Positions 1 to 9,581 of a DNA stretch of 53,990 bases are shown piece by piece. The first letter of the stretch is position 1. Each line of letters begins with the position of its first letter. The DNA is from Methanobacteriota archaeon (lineage in GTDB: Archaea > Thermoplasmatota > Poseidoniia > Poseidoniales > Poseidoniaceae). A model generated the notes under the pieces. That model saw only the letters and a list, made by a program, of their open reading frames with translations, was not told where the DNA came from and did not search any database. The stretch spans positions 1 to 53,990 of the forward strand of contig JABIYX010000152.1 of assembly GCA_018666575.1 (NCBI GenBank). Reading direction: 5' to 3'. Position numbers and translations under genes: made by a program.

Positions 1-2
1 AA

Positions 3-854
3 GGTGGAGTTAATCCTGAGCTCGATATTGATTGGTACATTGGTCTGATAAATGTTCTACGGATACATCATCCGACTATTGATTTGGATTGTTTTTCACC
101 AATTGAGTTAGAAGGTATAGCAGAAGTTACGAACAGCACGACTCTTGAAGTTCTTACTCGCTTCAAGGATGCTGGGATGCATGGCTTGCCCGGTGGTGGA
201 GCAGAGATGCTTGTTGAAACTGTACGAACAGATGTTTCTCCAAAGAAAGGTCATCCCGATAATTGGCTAAGAGTCATGGAAGAAGCCCAATGTTTAGGAT
301 TGACTACCAGTGCGACTAACGTCATTGGATTCGGAGAAACAAATTCAGATAGGATCGAACATTTGAATCGAATTCGTCAACAACAAGAACGTGTACAGTC
401 AAAAGGGTATACTGGTTTCACATCATTCATTGCATGGCCAGTTCAGTTAGAAAGTAACACATTTGGAAAAAGAAATAAAGGTTCTAACCGATTTGAATTA
501 GGTGCAGGTGCTAGTGAATATCTTCGTCACGTTGCTATCTCCCGTCTATTCCTTGATAATGTGCCACATATACAGGCCTCTTGGCCTACGATGGGGATGG
601 GTGTTGCTCAGATGGCCTTGCTCGGGGGTGCAGACGATGCTGGTTCAACGATGATGGAAGAAAATGTAGTATCTGCATCTGGTACAACCAAATTTAGCGC
701 CTCTGAACAGGAATTACAAACATCAATTATTCGATCCGGCTTTATTCCACTGAGAAGAGACAGTGATTACAAACACTTGGAAACTCCCGACACAACAACA
801 TCACTTCCAGATGCAATGTGCTTACCACCCTCTCAATTCGTTGAATTGGTATAG
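3..854 (+). CDS. radical SAM enzyme of the MqnE/MqnC/CofH family, C-terminal part (5' end outside window)
   Basis: Frame 3 is open from the window edge (GGVNPELDIDWYIGL...), so the TTG at 84 is internal. Motifs NVIGFGET, RIEHLNRIR, GFTSFIAWP, IQASWPTMG and LLGGADDAGSTMMEENV match the conserved C-terminal half of futalosine-pathway / FO-synthase radical SAM enzymes. MqnE and MqnC cannot be separated by eye. Confidence 0.7.
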   Translation, partial: GGVNPELDIDWYIGLINVLRIHHPTIDLDCFSPIELEGIAEVTNSTTLEVLTRFKDAGMHGLPGGGAEMLVETVRTDVSPKKGHPDNWLRVMEEAQCLGLTTSATNVIGFGETNSDRIEHLNRIRQQQERVQSKGYTGFTSFIAWPVQLESNTFGKRNKGSNRFELGAGASEYLRHVAISRLFLDNVPHIQASWPTMGMGVAQMALLGGADDAGSTMMEENVVSASGTTKFSASEQELQTSIIRSGFIPLRRDSDYKHLETPDTTTSLPDAMCLPPSQFVELV

Positions 855-3800
855 AATACAACCCATATTTGGGCAACGATATTTCTTCCACCCTTACTGG
901 ATTCTCCGGTAGGGATGTATTCTTGACCATTGAAAAGTCCACGATATGTGAGTTCATTTGTTTGACCATTATGATCAACCCATGAGGAGATGTCGTGGGA
1001 CCATTGTTTGACATCTTGTCCAGCACACCATCCGGCTCTGCCATATGGCCATGAACCGTATTGATTAGCAACTACTCCATTCACAATTTCGTTTTCACAT
1101 CCAGTACTTGAGGCTACAATTGGATGCCATTCATACGCATGATGATTATCGATGTAGTAATGATGTTCATGGTCACAGAATTCTGCACAATTCGCATTGT
1201 CCTTCTGGAATCCATGTCCAGTTATTGTTGCAACAATTTCAACACGAGTTGTATCTTCTGGAACTGTGAAATTTAAGCTTCTTAGATACCTACTTTCATT
1301 ATTGTACGTCCCATCGAATTCTCCTCCTGTAAACGCAAATGTGGCGTCGTGTGCACGTTCACCACTTCCCCAGTTAGAGAATAGGAACTTAATGGTCATA
1401 TCACCTTTGTTCGCTCCTTTGTAACGGAATCTCCTTGTTTCATCATCCTCCAACATGAAGAGGTACGGGCTAATATCGGTAAGCCAACGCCCTTCACGCC
1501 CATAGGTGGTGATCCATCGCATGAATTCAGTCCCGCATACGGACGAATTATCTGCATCACAAATGTACATGTGGGCAAGATAATCCCACTCATGGCAGCC
1601 ACCATATGAGTTGTCACTCTTTTGGTATCGATTGCTTCTTTCATCACATGCATGTTCATGGAACACCTCTAGCGTGTCATATGACGTCATATTCTCTGGC
1701 ATACTAAATGTGGCATTACGATATGAATTATGATTCGAACCCCAGCCTCCAGCATGCCTCTCGAAGTCATACAATGTTACAACATCAATCCCAGTGTCTT
1801 GCATACGAATCTCTGGCTCAAATTCTGCATTCCACTGATGGGGCTCATACGCATAGTGATTTGGATCATTAGTCTGAGATACCCAAGCATAAATTGAACC
1901 AGTTTCCCTTGCTCTTTGGAACCGATCAATTCCCATGAAAAATGGGCTATTGGTATTGGAGATCATTTGCCCTAGTCCACCTTGAATATTACTTGCATCC
2001 ATGTCTATGTAGTGAATACGACCAGACCATTCTTGTTCTTCACTCGGATTTAATCGGGATTCCACATCACTCTTTCTTGAAGTAACGTCATTGTGATATG
2101 AAGAGTCAAATGAACCATAGAATAAATGAGTATTAGTTGGAAGATTGCGGATGAAAGTACCAGGATTTGTGGCCCATGTTCCTGAATTTGAGTTTCCACT
2201 TGAGTCAGTATACTTGAACATGAAGAGGTAAACGTCATTTCCAGTCCACTTGTTTTGGAACGTGAACGTTCCATCGAGGGTTGGTACTGTGAACGTTGGA
2301 ACGACATCCATCGGACCAGTCACTGTAGTTCCTGATGTCCATGCAATTGGAGTCTGGTTAATTGCACATCCCTGAGCGTCAATTGTCCATTTAGAAGGAC
2401 TGTTCGGACAGATGTCAACATTAGCAAAGACTCCATCTCCATCAAGGTCTGCGCATCCAGCAGCATTTACAATTAAACCAGATGGAGTACCTTCACATTG
2501 ATCTAGAAGGTCATTGACACCATCAACATCACCGTCTCGTTCAACAGCAGCGCAGCCATAAACATCAACATCTGAAGCCCCAAGAGGGGTGTAAGGACAT
2601 TGGTCTAAGGTTGCACCAGTTGCATTTACATCGTTGACAGCATCGTTATCATCATCGTCGTCTTCAGTTGTATCAAAGCAACCATCATTGTCAAAATCAG
2701 TATTAGAGTTGCGTTGAAGAACCCAGTTTGTCCTGCCTTTGGGACAAAGGTCAGACGAATCATTTTCTCCATCATTATCATCGTCTGAATCTTCTAATAG
2801 ATCATGGCATCCATCTTGATCCCAATCTAAGTAAAGATTAGCAGGCCAATTAAGTTCACCCTCTTGACAAGAATCAGCTTCATCCAAAATTCCGTCACCA
2901 TCGTCATCAGCATCGTTTCCATCATCCATGCATCCATCTTGGTCTCGATCATTTTCATGATTGCTTATCCAACCAATTATTGATGTACATAAATCATCTG
3001 AATCTAAAATTCCATCACTGTCATCATCGTTATCTTCATCATAATCTCGACATCCATCTTGATCGATATCACTTAATGTGCTTGACGCCCAACCATCAGT
3101 TTCACCGATTCCATTTGGACAATTGTCCATCTCATCGATTATTCCATCTCCATCAAGGTCATTATTTTCAACAATTATGACAGATGTATTTCCATAAGCT
3201 TCCGTAAAGGTATATTCGCCACAAAGAGCAACACTTTGGATTACAAATGTGTCTTCCCTTTCATCCAACCCTGTGACAAGTTGAGAAAATGAACCATCAG
3301 ATTGTATTGGTACTTCGATAGTATTCATACTCATTGATTGATCAGGTATATGCATTCTCAGCGTGCATGTTGATGTATCTTGGTGCAATACTTGGCCTTG
3401 GATTTGTATAATTGGAGATTCAACCAAAATATTCTGTGGGACGATCAAAGAAGTTATGCCTTCATCAGGAATAAACACTGTGAACGAATTTGAATGCACA
3501 CTTTCTGCACCTGTTGACAAGATTATAGTGACTTCAATTGTGAAAACTCCATGTGTAGTTGGCTGAATAATAACGGATATGGAGTCCTCTTTCTCATTCA
3601 TAATGACTTCTGCTCCATTTGGAATGTTTCTATCGTGTTCAGTATTCAGTGTGGCAGAATACGTTCCTTGACCCTTTTGATCTAGAAGTAGTTTGAGCTC
3701 TGTTATTTGATTGATTTCACCCGTTGGATTCATTGTAGTCCAATTGGCAATGAGTGAATATTCTTCAATAACTTCTTCCTTCTCCTCTTCAGTAGGTGTG

Positions 3801-3868
3801 TCGGTTCCAAAGCATCCTGACAACATTAACAAGGACAGGAAAATTGCTGGCAAAGCCTTTTTGCTCAT
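833..3868 (-). CDS. secreted lipoprotein with thrombospondin-type-3-like Ca-binding repeats and a C-terminal PNGase F-like (peptide N-glycanase) module
   Basis: Signal peptide with lipobox (LLMLSGCFG). The central region has Asp-rich DxDxDGxxDxxDxC repeats. The C-terminal ~480 aa aligns by eye to Elizabethkingia PNGase F: CHEWDYLAHMYI vs CDEWDRYANVYV (D60), RWITTYGREG vs RFITPYWVGTE, ITGHGF..NCAEFCDHEHHYYIDN vs ISGWGH..GCAEWCFRTHTIAINN (E206), YGRAGWCAGQDV vs DRAGWCPGMAV. Confidence 0.8.
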   Translation of the reverse strand: MSKKALPAIFLSLLMLSGCFGTDTPTEEEKEEVIEEYSLIANWTTMNPTGEINQITELKLLLDQKGQGTYSATLNTEHDRNIPNGAEVIMNEKEDSISVIIQPTTHGVFTIEVTIILSTGAESVHSNSFTVFIPDEGITSLIVPQNILVESPIIQIQGQVLHQDTSTCTLRMHIPDQSMSMNTIEVPIQSDGSFSQLVTGLDEREDTFVIQSVALCGEYTFTEAYGNTSVIIVENNDLDGDGIIDEMDNCPNGIGETDGWASSTLSDIDQDGCRDYDEDNDDDSDGILDSDDLCTSIIGWISNHENDRDQDGCMDDGNDADDDGDGILDEADSCQEGELNWPANLYLDWDQDGCHDLLEDSDDDNDGENDSSDLCPKGRTNWVLQRNSNTDFDNDGCFDTTEDDDDDNDAVNDVNATGATLDQCPYTPLGASDVDVYGCAAVERDGDVDGVNDLLDQCEGTPSGLIVNAAGCADLDGDGVFANVDICPNSPSKWTIDAQGCAINQTPIAWTSGTTVTGPMDVVPTFTVPTLDGTFTFQNKWTGNDVYLFMFKYTDSSGNSNSGTWATNPGTFIRNLPTNTHLFYGSFDSSYHNDVTSRKSDVESRLNPSEEQEWSGRIHYIDMDASNIQGGLGQMISNTNSPFFMGIDRFQRARETGSIYAWVSQTNDPNHYAYEPHQWNAEFEPEIRMQDTGIDVVTLYDFERHAGGWGSNHNSYRNATFSMPENMTSYDTLEVFHEHACDERSNRYQKSDNSYGGCHEWDYLAHMYICDADNSSVCGTEFMRWITTYGREGRWLTDISPYLFMLEDDETRRFRYKGANKGDMTIKFLFSNWGSGERAHDATFAFTGGEFDGTYNNESRYLRSLNFTVPEDTTRVEIVATITGHGFQKDNANCAEFCDHEHHYYIDNHHAYEWHPIVASSTGCENEIVNGVVANQYGSWPYGRAGWCAGQDVKQWSHDISSWVDHNGQTNELTYRGLFNGQEYIPTGESSKGGRNIVAQIWVVFYTNSTN
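2371..3166 (-). repeat. coding tandem repeats: about 6 thrombospondin type-3 / calcium-binding Asp-rich units inside the lipoprotein gene
   Basis: A periodic ~45-aa unit recurs between residues ~235 and ~500: D-x-D-G-I-x-D-x-x-D-x-C ... W ... D-x-D-Q-D-G-C-x-D ... D-D-D. Confidence 0.7.
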
Positions 3869-3897
3869 GTCATTACATCAAAGCGCAGGACATGAAC

Positions 3898-5040
3898 CTA
3901 ACGCTTACCGATGTAAAAATGCTCAGTTCTAGAATCATTTACTCTGAGGTGCTGGAGTTGGATTTTGGATGTTGGGAATTCCACGCGGATTGGCATAACC
4001 CATAGTAGTGGCATTTTGTTTTGTCTTTTGATTTTAACAACTATTTCCCAATGAACTCGAAGTAATTCTGAATTGACGGAACCTGGCCATATCATTTCAG
4101 GAGGGGTGAGTTCGAAATCACCTTCTTCTTCGAGAACCTGCCCTCCACCCTCTTCTGAAAATCTCATGGGTCTTAGGAATACTCCTCCTGGAATATCCTG
4201 TCGCTCCATTGGCGCATCTTCACCACCTGCAGTACCATCATCAAGACCTTCTTCCCAATGGTGCGGTAGCGGTGTTGAAAGTCCAACCGGGGGCTGTTGG
4301 CCTAGCGTTCTTCCAGACAATTCTACCAAAGCAGAACGTGAAGGGGGCAGTGTCCCAACATGCCAATGAATAGAGACAGATTTCCAATCATCTCGGCGTT
4401 CAGGTATGATGCATTTGCCCCGAAGAGGTTGGCCACTGCGAATGGTCGATTCGAGTTCCATAATCGGTGATTTAACTGGATTTTTGAAATACTCTTGCTG
4501 TTTTTTTAAATCCAAAAAATTTGCAATCATTCTCAAGAGCAGTGGCATCAAGAGAAATGGCCCGACAATTATAGTTAATATGGGATAATCCAATAATCCT
4601 AATCTGATGCTCTGAGTACCTAGACTTGGTATCCCTATGACACTCAAAATTGGTTCAATGAACAAATATGTGAGTGTTGCTAAAAGTAAAATGACTGCGA
4701 AATTAATCAATCTTCTTGCAACTGAATGTAGATTGTTTGGAATGATATACCAGCCACTTCTTTGTTGATAAACAAGATTAACAAATTCAGTATCGTCGAT
4801 GATCTGTAAAGGTTCTCCGCTCCATTTCGTTCCATCCTTTGATTCAAAGGTTCGTTCAAGCAGCCATCCCTCTTCGCTTTCAATTCTAAATTCAGGATAA
4901 CGATTTTGAATTTGTTCTCCAGTAAGATTGACATTCAATCTTTCTTCTACGATGGGAACAGAGCTTGCTTTCCATCGCTGATGTTCAAATGGTGGATATC
5001 TCACCTTGTGAATAACATTCCATTTTGTCATAGATTTCAC
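3898..5040 (-). CDS. hypothetical membrane protein (N-terminal soluble domain, 2-3 TM helices, C-terminal arrestin/Spo0M-like beta domain?)
   Basis: Long ORF packed tightly between neighbours. Hydrophobic spans fall at residues ~112-180. The C-terminal pattern SGQPLRGKCIIP..WKSVSIHWHVG ... FELTPPEMIWPGSV..LLRVHWEIVVKIK..PIRVE resembles bacterial arrestin-like/Spo0M domains. The start may be GTG 5040 or ATG 5031. Confidence 0.6.
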   Translation of the reverse strand: MKSMTKWNVIHKVRYPPFEHQRWKASSVPIVEERLNVNLTGEQIQNRYPEFRIESEEGWLLERTFESKDGTKWSGEPLQIIDDTEFVNLVYQQRSGWYIIPNNLHSVARRLINFAVILLLATLTYLFIEPILSVIGIPSLGTQSIRLGLLDYPILTIIVGPFLLMPLLLRMIANFLDLKKQQEYFKNPVKSPIMELESTIRSGQPLRGKCIIPERRDDWKSVSIHWHVGTLPPSRSALVELSGRTLGQQPPVGLSTPLPHHWEEGLDDGTAGGEDAPMERQDIPGGVFLRPMRFSEEGGGQVLEEEGDFELTPPEMIWPGSVNSELLRVHWEIVVKIKRQNKMPLLWVMPIRVEFPTSKIQLQHLRVNDSRTEHFYIGKR

Positions 5041-5041
5041 C

Positions 5042-6259
5042 TTAGGTAAAGAGCAGTTTTACTCCTGCTTGGAATGCTAATTTTCTGAATGCAGGTACCT
5101 TTCGTAGTAATGCCATCCCAAGAGGTACTGGCTTTTCGATATCGCCTACTGAATTGATTAATTCAATAACCTCTGGTTTTGCAAAGTTTGCGAAATGACG
5201 ATCGAGTTCTTCATCAGTGCGTGTTGATACGAGCAAATCACGCAGTGCCCGTGCTCTGTCTTGCTCTTTCTTCATCTTCGGCCATGATGATTTTGTGACA
5301 GACTTGAGGTCTTTCTCCGTGAGTTTATCAGTATTTACAGCAATAACGAGCTTATCGACAATAGACGAAATTTGTTTGAACCCAGGTCCGAGGCCTCCAC
5401 CTGTTGTTGGCTTAGCCATTCCTGCAGCGTCACCGAGTACCATGACACGTTCTTTGAACGGTCGTCGAATCATACCTGAGGGCACGGGGCCACAATATCT
5501 TGCAGTTTCCTGCACATTTTCGAAACGTTCTTTCCACAAAGGATGGTTGAGGAGACCATTGTAACAGTCGAGAATACTTTTGCCATCTAACATTTCTGCT
5601 TTAGACCAAAGTCCAATTCTGTGAGTATCGTTACCAGAAGGAATGACCCAAGCGAAGAAACCAGGTGCAATTTCTGATCCGCTGTACATCTCTAACCAAC
5701 GATTTTTACCCTCATAACCCACCACTTCTGCTTGGAAACCAACCATCATCTCTTTTGGATGGCCCATCTTAAATTTCCTTCGAACCCATGAATGAGCACC
5801 GTCGCATCCTATGATGAGTTTACATGTGACTTGGCGTTCTGCTTCAGTGCGTTGATTCTTGATCGCTACAATTACACCATCGGGTCGAATCACTGCATCA
5901 ATTGGTTGAGATTCGAGCATAATATCTGCTCCTGCTTGTAGTCCCTGTTGGACCACTTCTTGATCGAATCGCTTCCTACAAACAACATATGTTCGTAAAT
6001 CACCATCTTTCCCAACAGGAACAAGGGTCCCAGACGGGCCATGTATTAATGCGCCATCTACGTCTTGAACGACTGTACCATATGCTTCAACAGCATGCAT
6101 AGCACTAGGGGTTACAAGACCTGCGCACTGAAATGGACGTCCAATTTCGGTGTGTTCTTCAATCATCAAGACCGATAATCCTCTTTCACAGAGAAGGCGT
6201 GATGCATAGCCTCCAACAGGGCCAGCCCCGACAATGACAACATCATAGTCGTAGTCCAT
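5042..6259 (-). CDS. geranylgeranyl reductase family FAD-dependent oxidoreductase
   Basis: N-terminal dinucleotide fold DVVIVGAGPVGG, CDGAHSWVRRKF and LGDAAGMAKPTTGGGL, as in archaeal digeranylgeranylglycerophospholipid / prenyl reductases. Confidence 0.85.
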   Translation of the reverse strand: MDYDYDVVIVGAGPVGGYASRLLCERGLSVLMIEEHTEIGRPFQCAGLVTPSAMHAVEAYGTVVQDVDGALIHGPSGTLVPVGKDGDLRTYVVCRKRFDQEVVQQGLQAGADIMLESQPIDAVIRPDGVIVAIKNQRTEAERQVTCKLIIGCDGAHSWVRRKFKMGHPKEMMVGFQAEVVGYEGKNRWLEMYSGSEIAPGFFAWVIPSGNDTHRIGLWSKAEMLDGKSILDCYNGLLNHPLWKERFENVQETARYCGPVPSGMIRRPFKERVMVLGDAAGMAKPTTGGGLGPGFKQISSIVDKLVIAVNTDKLTEKDLKSVTKSSWPKMKKEQDRARALRDLLVSTRTDEELDRHFANFAKPEVIELINSVGDIEKPVPLGMALLRKVPAFRKLAFQAGVKLLFT

Positions 6260-6301
6260 GGTTGGTTTGAAGTGTCTGACTTCATGAAGTTTCTTCCGAA
6301 T

Positions 6302-9079
6302 TCAGCGCTTAGCGAACCGATAACCGATTCTTTCATTCTTGCGGAGATAAAGAATTGCAGTGTATGGATTACCTGTTTTCTTGGCGATGAGGTCATCAAA
6401 TGGTCCAATTTCCCCTTTTTCGATCAATGTCTTTGCTTCTTCTCTTGTGATTTCTCGTTTAGCAATTTCACGTGCAATGTCCAATTTACAACCGGATGCA
6501 GTAGATTTAGGTCGATAGTGAGTTTCAGTTTCAAACAATTCAGTCTTATGTTTTGGACAAATACCTACGACTCCTGGTTTAACTTCGAACTTTCGAGCAT
6601 CTGCAGCAGGTTCTCTAGGCGGGAATTCAAATCCTACTTTATTTCCTTCAAGAATGAGATATGCAGGGAATGGTTTTCCTCTTCGAGAAATGAAATTATC
6701 GATGAGTGGCGATTTTCCATCGACCAAAATAGCCTTTGCTTCATCGGCTGTAATTTCTCTCTTGCAAATTTCTTTTCCTACGCCTCTGAATTTACATTCA
6801 TCGTTATCGCATGCAAAGTGCGTATCTGTTTGTCGAATGGTGCCATCACACTTTGGACACGGGCAAACGGCTTCATCTGTCGTCTTTGCACGTGTTCCTG
6901 ATGAGAGAGCAGATGTGACTTTTCCAGAGTCATCGATTGATATGGTCGTTGTATAGGATTCTCCATTTCGATTGAAAAATCCATGCAGATCCTCAATTTT
7001 TTTATCTTGTAAAAGTCTAGATGCAGTAGTTCTATCGAACCATCTTCCACTGGTATCTTTCCAAAACACAAACGTACATCCCTTGTCTTTACCTTCGTTC
7101 TTTTCACAGGTGTATGAGAGTGCTGTTTCAGTAATTGTACTGTCACACAATGGACATTGTCCAATAGAATTATCACCTGTGAAGAGATCATTTCTCTCGT
7201 GATCACGAATCCTCGTAACAAGGTCATTTGTTTGATCGATTATACGTTGCATATATTCACTTGCAGCAAGTTTGCCTTGCTGTACGGAAATGAGTGCAGA
7301 TTCCATTTCACCGGTCAACTCAGCCGATGTTATCCATTCAACAGGGATTCGTCTTAGAATCTCAATAATTCGTATACCGTGAGGTGCAGCGTTAATTGCT
7401 CCGGATTGTTGTCGTGAGATGTATCCTCTGGAAAGTAATTTTTCGATTGTATCTGCTCTTGTTGCAGGGGTGCCTAATCCCTTGTCAGACATTGCTTCTG
7501 CAAGTTCTTCGTCCTCAATTTCCTTACCTGCTCGCTCCATGAGCGTCAATAAACGGGCTTCCTTGAGTCGTGATGGAGGCTTAGATTTGTCTTCTTTCCA
7601 TGTATGTTCTTCAATTTTTGAAGAAACAGGGCTCTGGGGAATTGTACCCCATCCTTCAGGGAAGTTCAAGTTCTTTGAAACGACTTCTCTCCATCCAAGA
7701 GTTTGGTATTGTTGAGCTTCTTTTACGAATATTTCACCACCTAAATTAGCGGTTCTTTTTTGCTTTTCAATGGTTGATTGAGGGTACCATGATGCTAAGA
7801 AATTTCGGACAATCAGGTCATATAATCGCTTTTCATCGTTCGATAGTGAGCCTGTTGGACTTTTACCCGTAGGGATAATCGCAAAGTGATCACTCACCTT
7901 TGCATCGTTGAAATTTCTCTTGACATTTTCTAAGCCTCCATTCTTGAGATGTTGGGCGTAATTAGTATAGTCTGCTTGTGTTCCAATATTTGCAATTGTT
8001 TCATCAATAGCATCATTCATGTCAGAGGGTAAATATCTCGAGTCTGTTCTCGGATATGTCGTTAGTTTGTGGCGTTCATAGAGTGCTTGAGCGACATTGA
8101 GTGTTCTCTTAGCAGGCCAAGAAAACATAGAGTTCGCTTGTCTTTGAAGTGAGGTGAGATCATAATTCAGAGGTGGTCGCTCTTTTCCAATGGATAGTTT
8201 TTCACTAACTTCTGCATCTTCACCAGAATCAAGGAGTTTTTGGATTCGATCTTTATCTTGCTGAGTGAGGACCCAATGTGCCTTGACATCATCATTAGAC
8301 ACCCCGCCTTCCCATCGTCCTGTCCAGTTGCTCGTCTTGTTAGAGAATGTAGCATTCAATTCCCAATATGGCGTAGGTATGTGTTGGAGAATTTCCAGTT
8401 CATGATCGACAATAATTCCTAAAGTAGCAGTTTGAACACGCCCAATTGAAATTGCTTGGCGCTCACTGCGTTTTTTGGGCAAGAATATCTCAGCCACTCG
8501 AGAACCGTTCATGCCAATAAGCCAATCTGCCTGACTTCGGCTGTATGCAGCATCTGAGAGTGGTTTGAATTCCTTTGCTGACTTGCGTTCATCCCATGCC
8601 TTTTGTATTGCTGTACTGGTCATTGATTGCAACCACATTCGACTTACATCAGTCTTGACTTTTGCATGTTGGTATATTGTTTGGAAAATGAGTTCACCTT
8701 CTCTTGCAGCGTCACATGCATTGACAATTTCTGAAACGGACTTGTCTTTCATTAATTTTTTAATTGCAGTGAGTTGTTTTTTTGTAGATCCAGATTTAGG
8801 TTTGAACTCAAATTCATCGGGTATGTATGGTAGTCGGTCAGCAGTTTCCCGCCAATTCTTGAACTCAGGGTCATAGTCATCCATGTACTTTAGTTCAAGC
8901 ATATGTCCAACTGCCCAAGTTACGACAATACCGTCTCCTTGCCAGTGAGTAGCCTCTTTTTTGGAGATGCCAAGTACTTTGGCAATGTCCTCTGCAACAC
9001 TAGGCTTCTCGGCGAGGACAACGATGCTCATTGTATCATCCGGTTTGTCGACCATACTTGAAGGCTCGCCAAACTTCAT
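6302..9079 (-). CDS. type IA DNA topoisomerase (topoisomerase III-like) with C-terminal zinc ribbons and two Topo C-terminal repeats
   Basis: Toprim start SIVVLAEKPSVAEDIAKVLG, WAVGHMLEL, catalytic-Tyr motif LTTYPRTDSRYLP, CxxC...CxxC ribbons (CPLCDS, CPCPKCDG), and terminal repeats RRGKPFPAYLILEGNKVGFEF / KKTGNPYTAILYLRKNERIGYRF. The start could also be ATG 9055 or 9031. Confidence 0.9.
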   Translation of the reverse strand: MKFGEPSSMVDKPDDTMSIVVLAEKPSVAEDIAKVLGISKKEATHWQGDGIVVTWAVGHMLELKYMDDYDPEFKNWRETADRLPYIPDEFEFKPKSGSTKKQLTAIKKLMKDKSVSEIVNACDAAREGELIFQTIYQHAKVKTDVSRMWLQSMTSTAIQKAWDERKSAKEFKPLSDAAYSRSQADWLIGMNGSRVAEIFLPKKRSERQAISIGRVQTATLGIIVDHELEILQHIPTPYWELNATFSNKTSNWTGRWEGGVSNDDVKAHWVLTQQDKDRIQKLLDSGEDAEVSEKLSIGKERPPLNYDLTSLQRQANSMFSWPAKRTLNVAQALYERHKLTTYPRTDSRYLPSDMNDAIDETIANIGTQADYTNYAQHLKNGGLENVKRNFNDAKVSDHFAIIPTGKSPTGSLSNDEKRLYDLIVRNFLASWYPQSTIEKQKRTANLGGEIFVKEAQQYQTLGWREVVSKNLNFPEGWGTIPQSPVSSKIEEHTWKEDKSKPPSRLKEARLLTLMERAGKEIEDEELAEAMSDKGLGTPATRADTIEKLLSRGYISRQQSGAINAAPHGIRIIEILRRIPVEWITSAELTGEMESALISVQQGKLAASEYMQRIIDQTNDLVTRIRDHERNDLFTGDNSIGQCPLCDSTITETALSYTCEKNEGKDKGCTFVFWKDTSGRWFDRTTASRLLQDKKIEDLHGFFNRNGESYTTTISIDDSGKVTSALSSGTRAKTTDEAVCPCPKCDGTIRQTDTHFACDNDECKFRGVGKEICKREITADEAKAILVDGKSPLIDNFISRRGKPFPAYLILEGNKVGFEFPPREPAADARKFEVKPGVVGICPKHKTELFETETHYRPKSTASGCKLDIAREIAKREITREEAKTLIEKGEIGPFDDLIAKKTGNPYTAILYLRKNERIGYRFAKR

Positions 9080-9110
9080 TTTGAACAGATACCTTATGGT
9101 ATCTATGGAT

Positions 9111-9545
9111 TTATTGGGAAAATTTAGAAAGATTTTTTCTGCTTAATTCTTCGTCCCATTTTTCTTCATTTTTTCTGAAGCCACAACCCTCGCACCCAGG
9201 ATACCCAGCGAGTAATAGTTCAGAGCACATTTGTTCAAGCAATGGTATTACGACATCGGTTGATATTGGGAGCCAGAGTGTTTTGATTGACGAGGGTTTT
9301 TCATAATTCGTCAGTACACATTGATTTTGTACATCTTTGATAATAACATGTTCACCATCTGTAACGGTTGGGAATGTAATCCTCTGAGGTAAAGCATCGC
9401 TCATATTGAGGATAAGTCGATTCCATCGCTCATGATATTCAATAGGTATGGCAATGGATAACTTCCCCAGCGATAGCACTCTTCTACCTCCCTCTCGCAA
9501 CGCCAACCAGAGTGGTGAATTCTCCTCCATGGCACTCCGAACCAT
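9111..9545 (-). CDS. hypothetical protein with C-terminal CxxC (upstream partner of the topoisomerase gene)
   Basis: ORF ends 32 nt upstream of the topoisomerase start on the same strand. It was trimmed to the internal ATG (MVRSAMEE...) because the longer form would overlap the well-supported pyrD start at 9582. No recognisable family. Confidence 0.45.
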   Translation of the reverse strand: MVRSAMEENSPLWLALREGGRRVLSLGKLSIAIPIEYHERWNRLILNMSDALPQRITFPTVTDGEHVIIKDVQNQCVLTNYEKPSSIKTLWLPISTDVVIPLLEQMCSELLLAGYPGCEGCGFRKNEEKWDEELSRKNLSKFSQ

Positions 9546-9581
9546 CACAAGGCTTGAAGGATATCGGTTCAAGGAGTAAAC

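Noticed and set aside
742-1071. 109-aa ORF on the minus strand overlapping both the radical SAM gene and the lipoprotein gene
   Set aside because: It is out of frame within two supported genes and has no motifs.
6272-6901. 209-aa ORF antisense to the topoisomerase gene
   Set aside because: It is entirely inside a strongly supported gene on the other strand. The Phe/Ser/Cys-rich low-complexity translation is typical of antisense frames.
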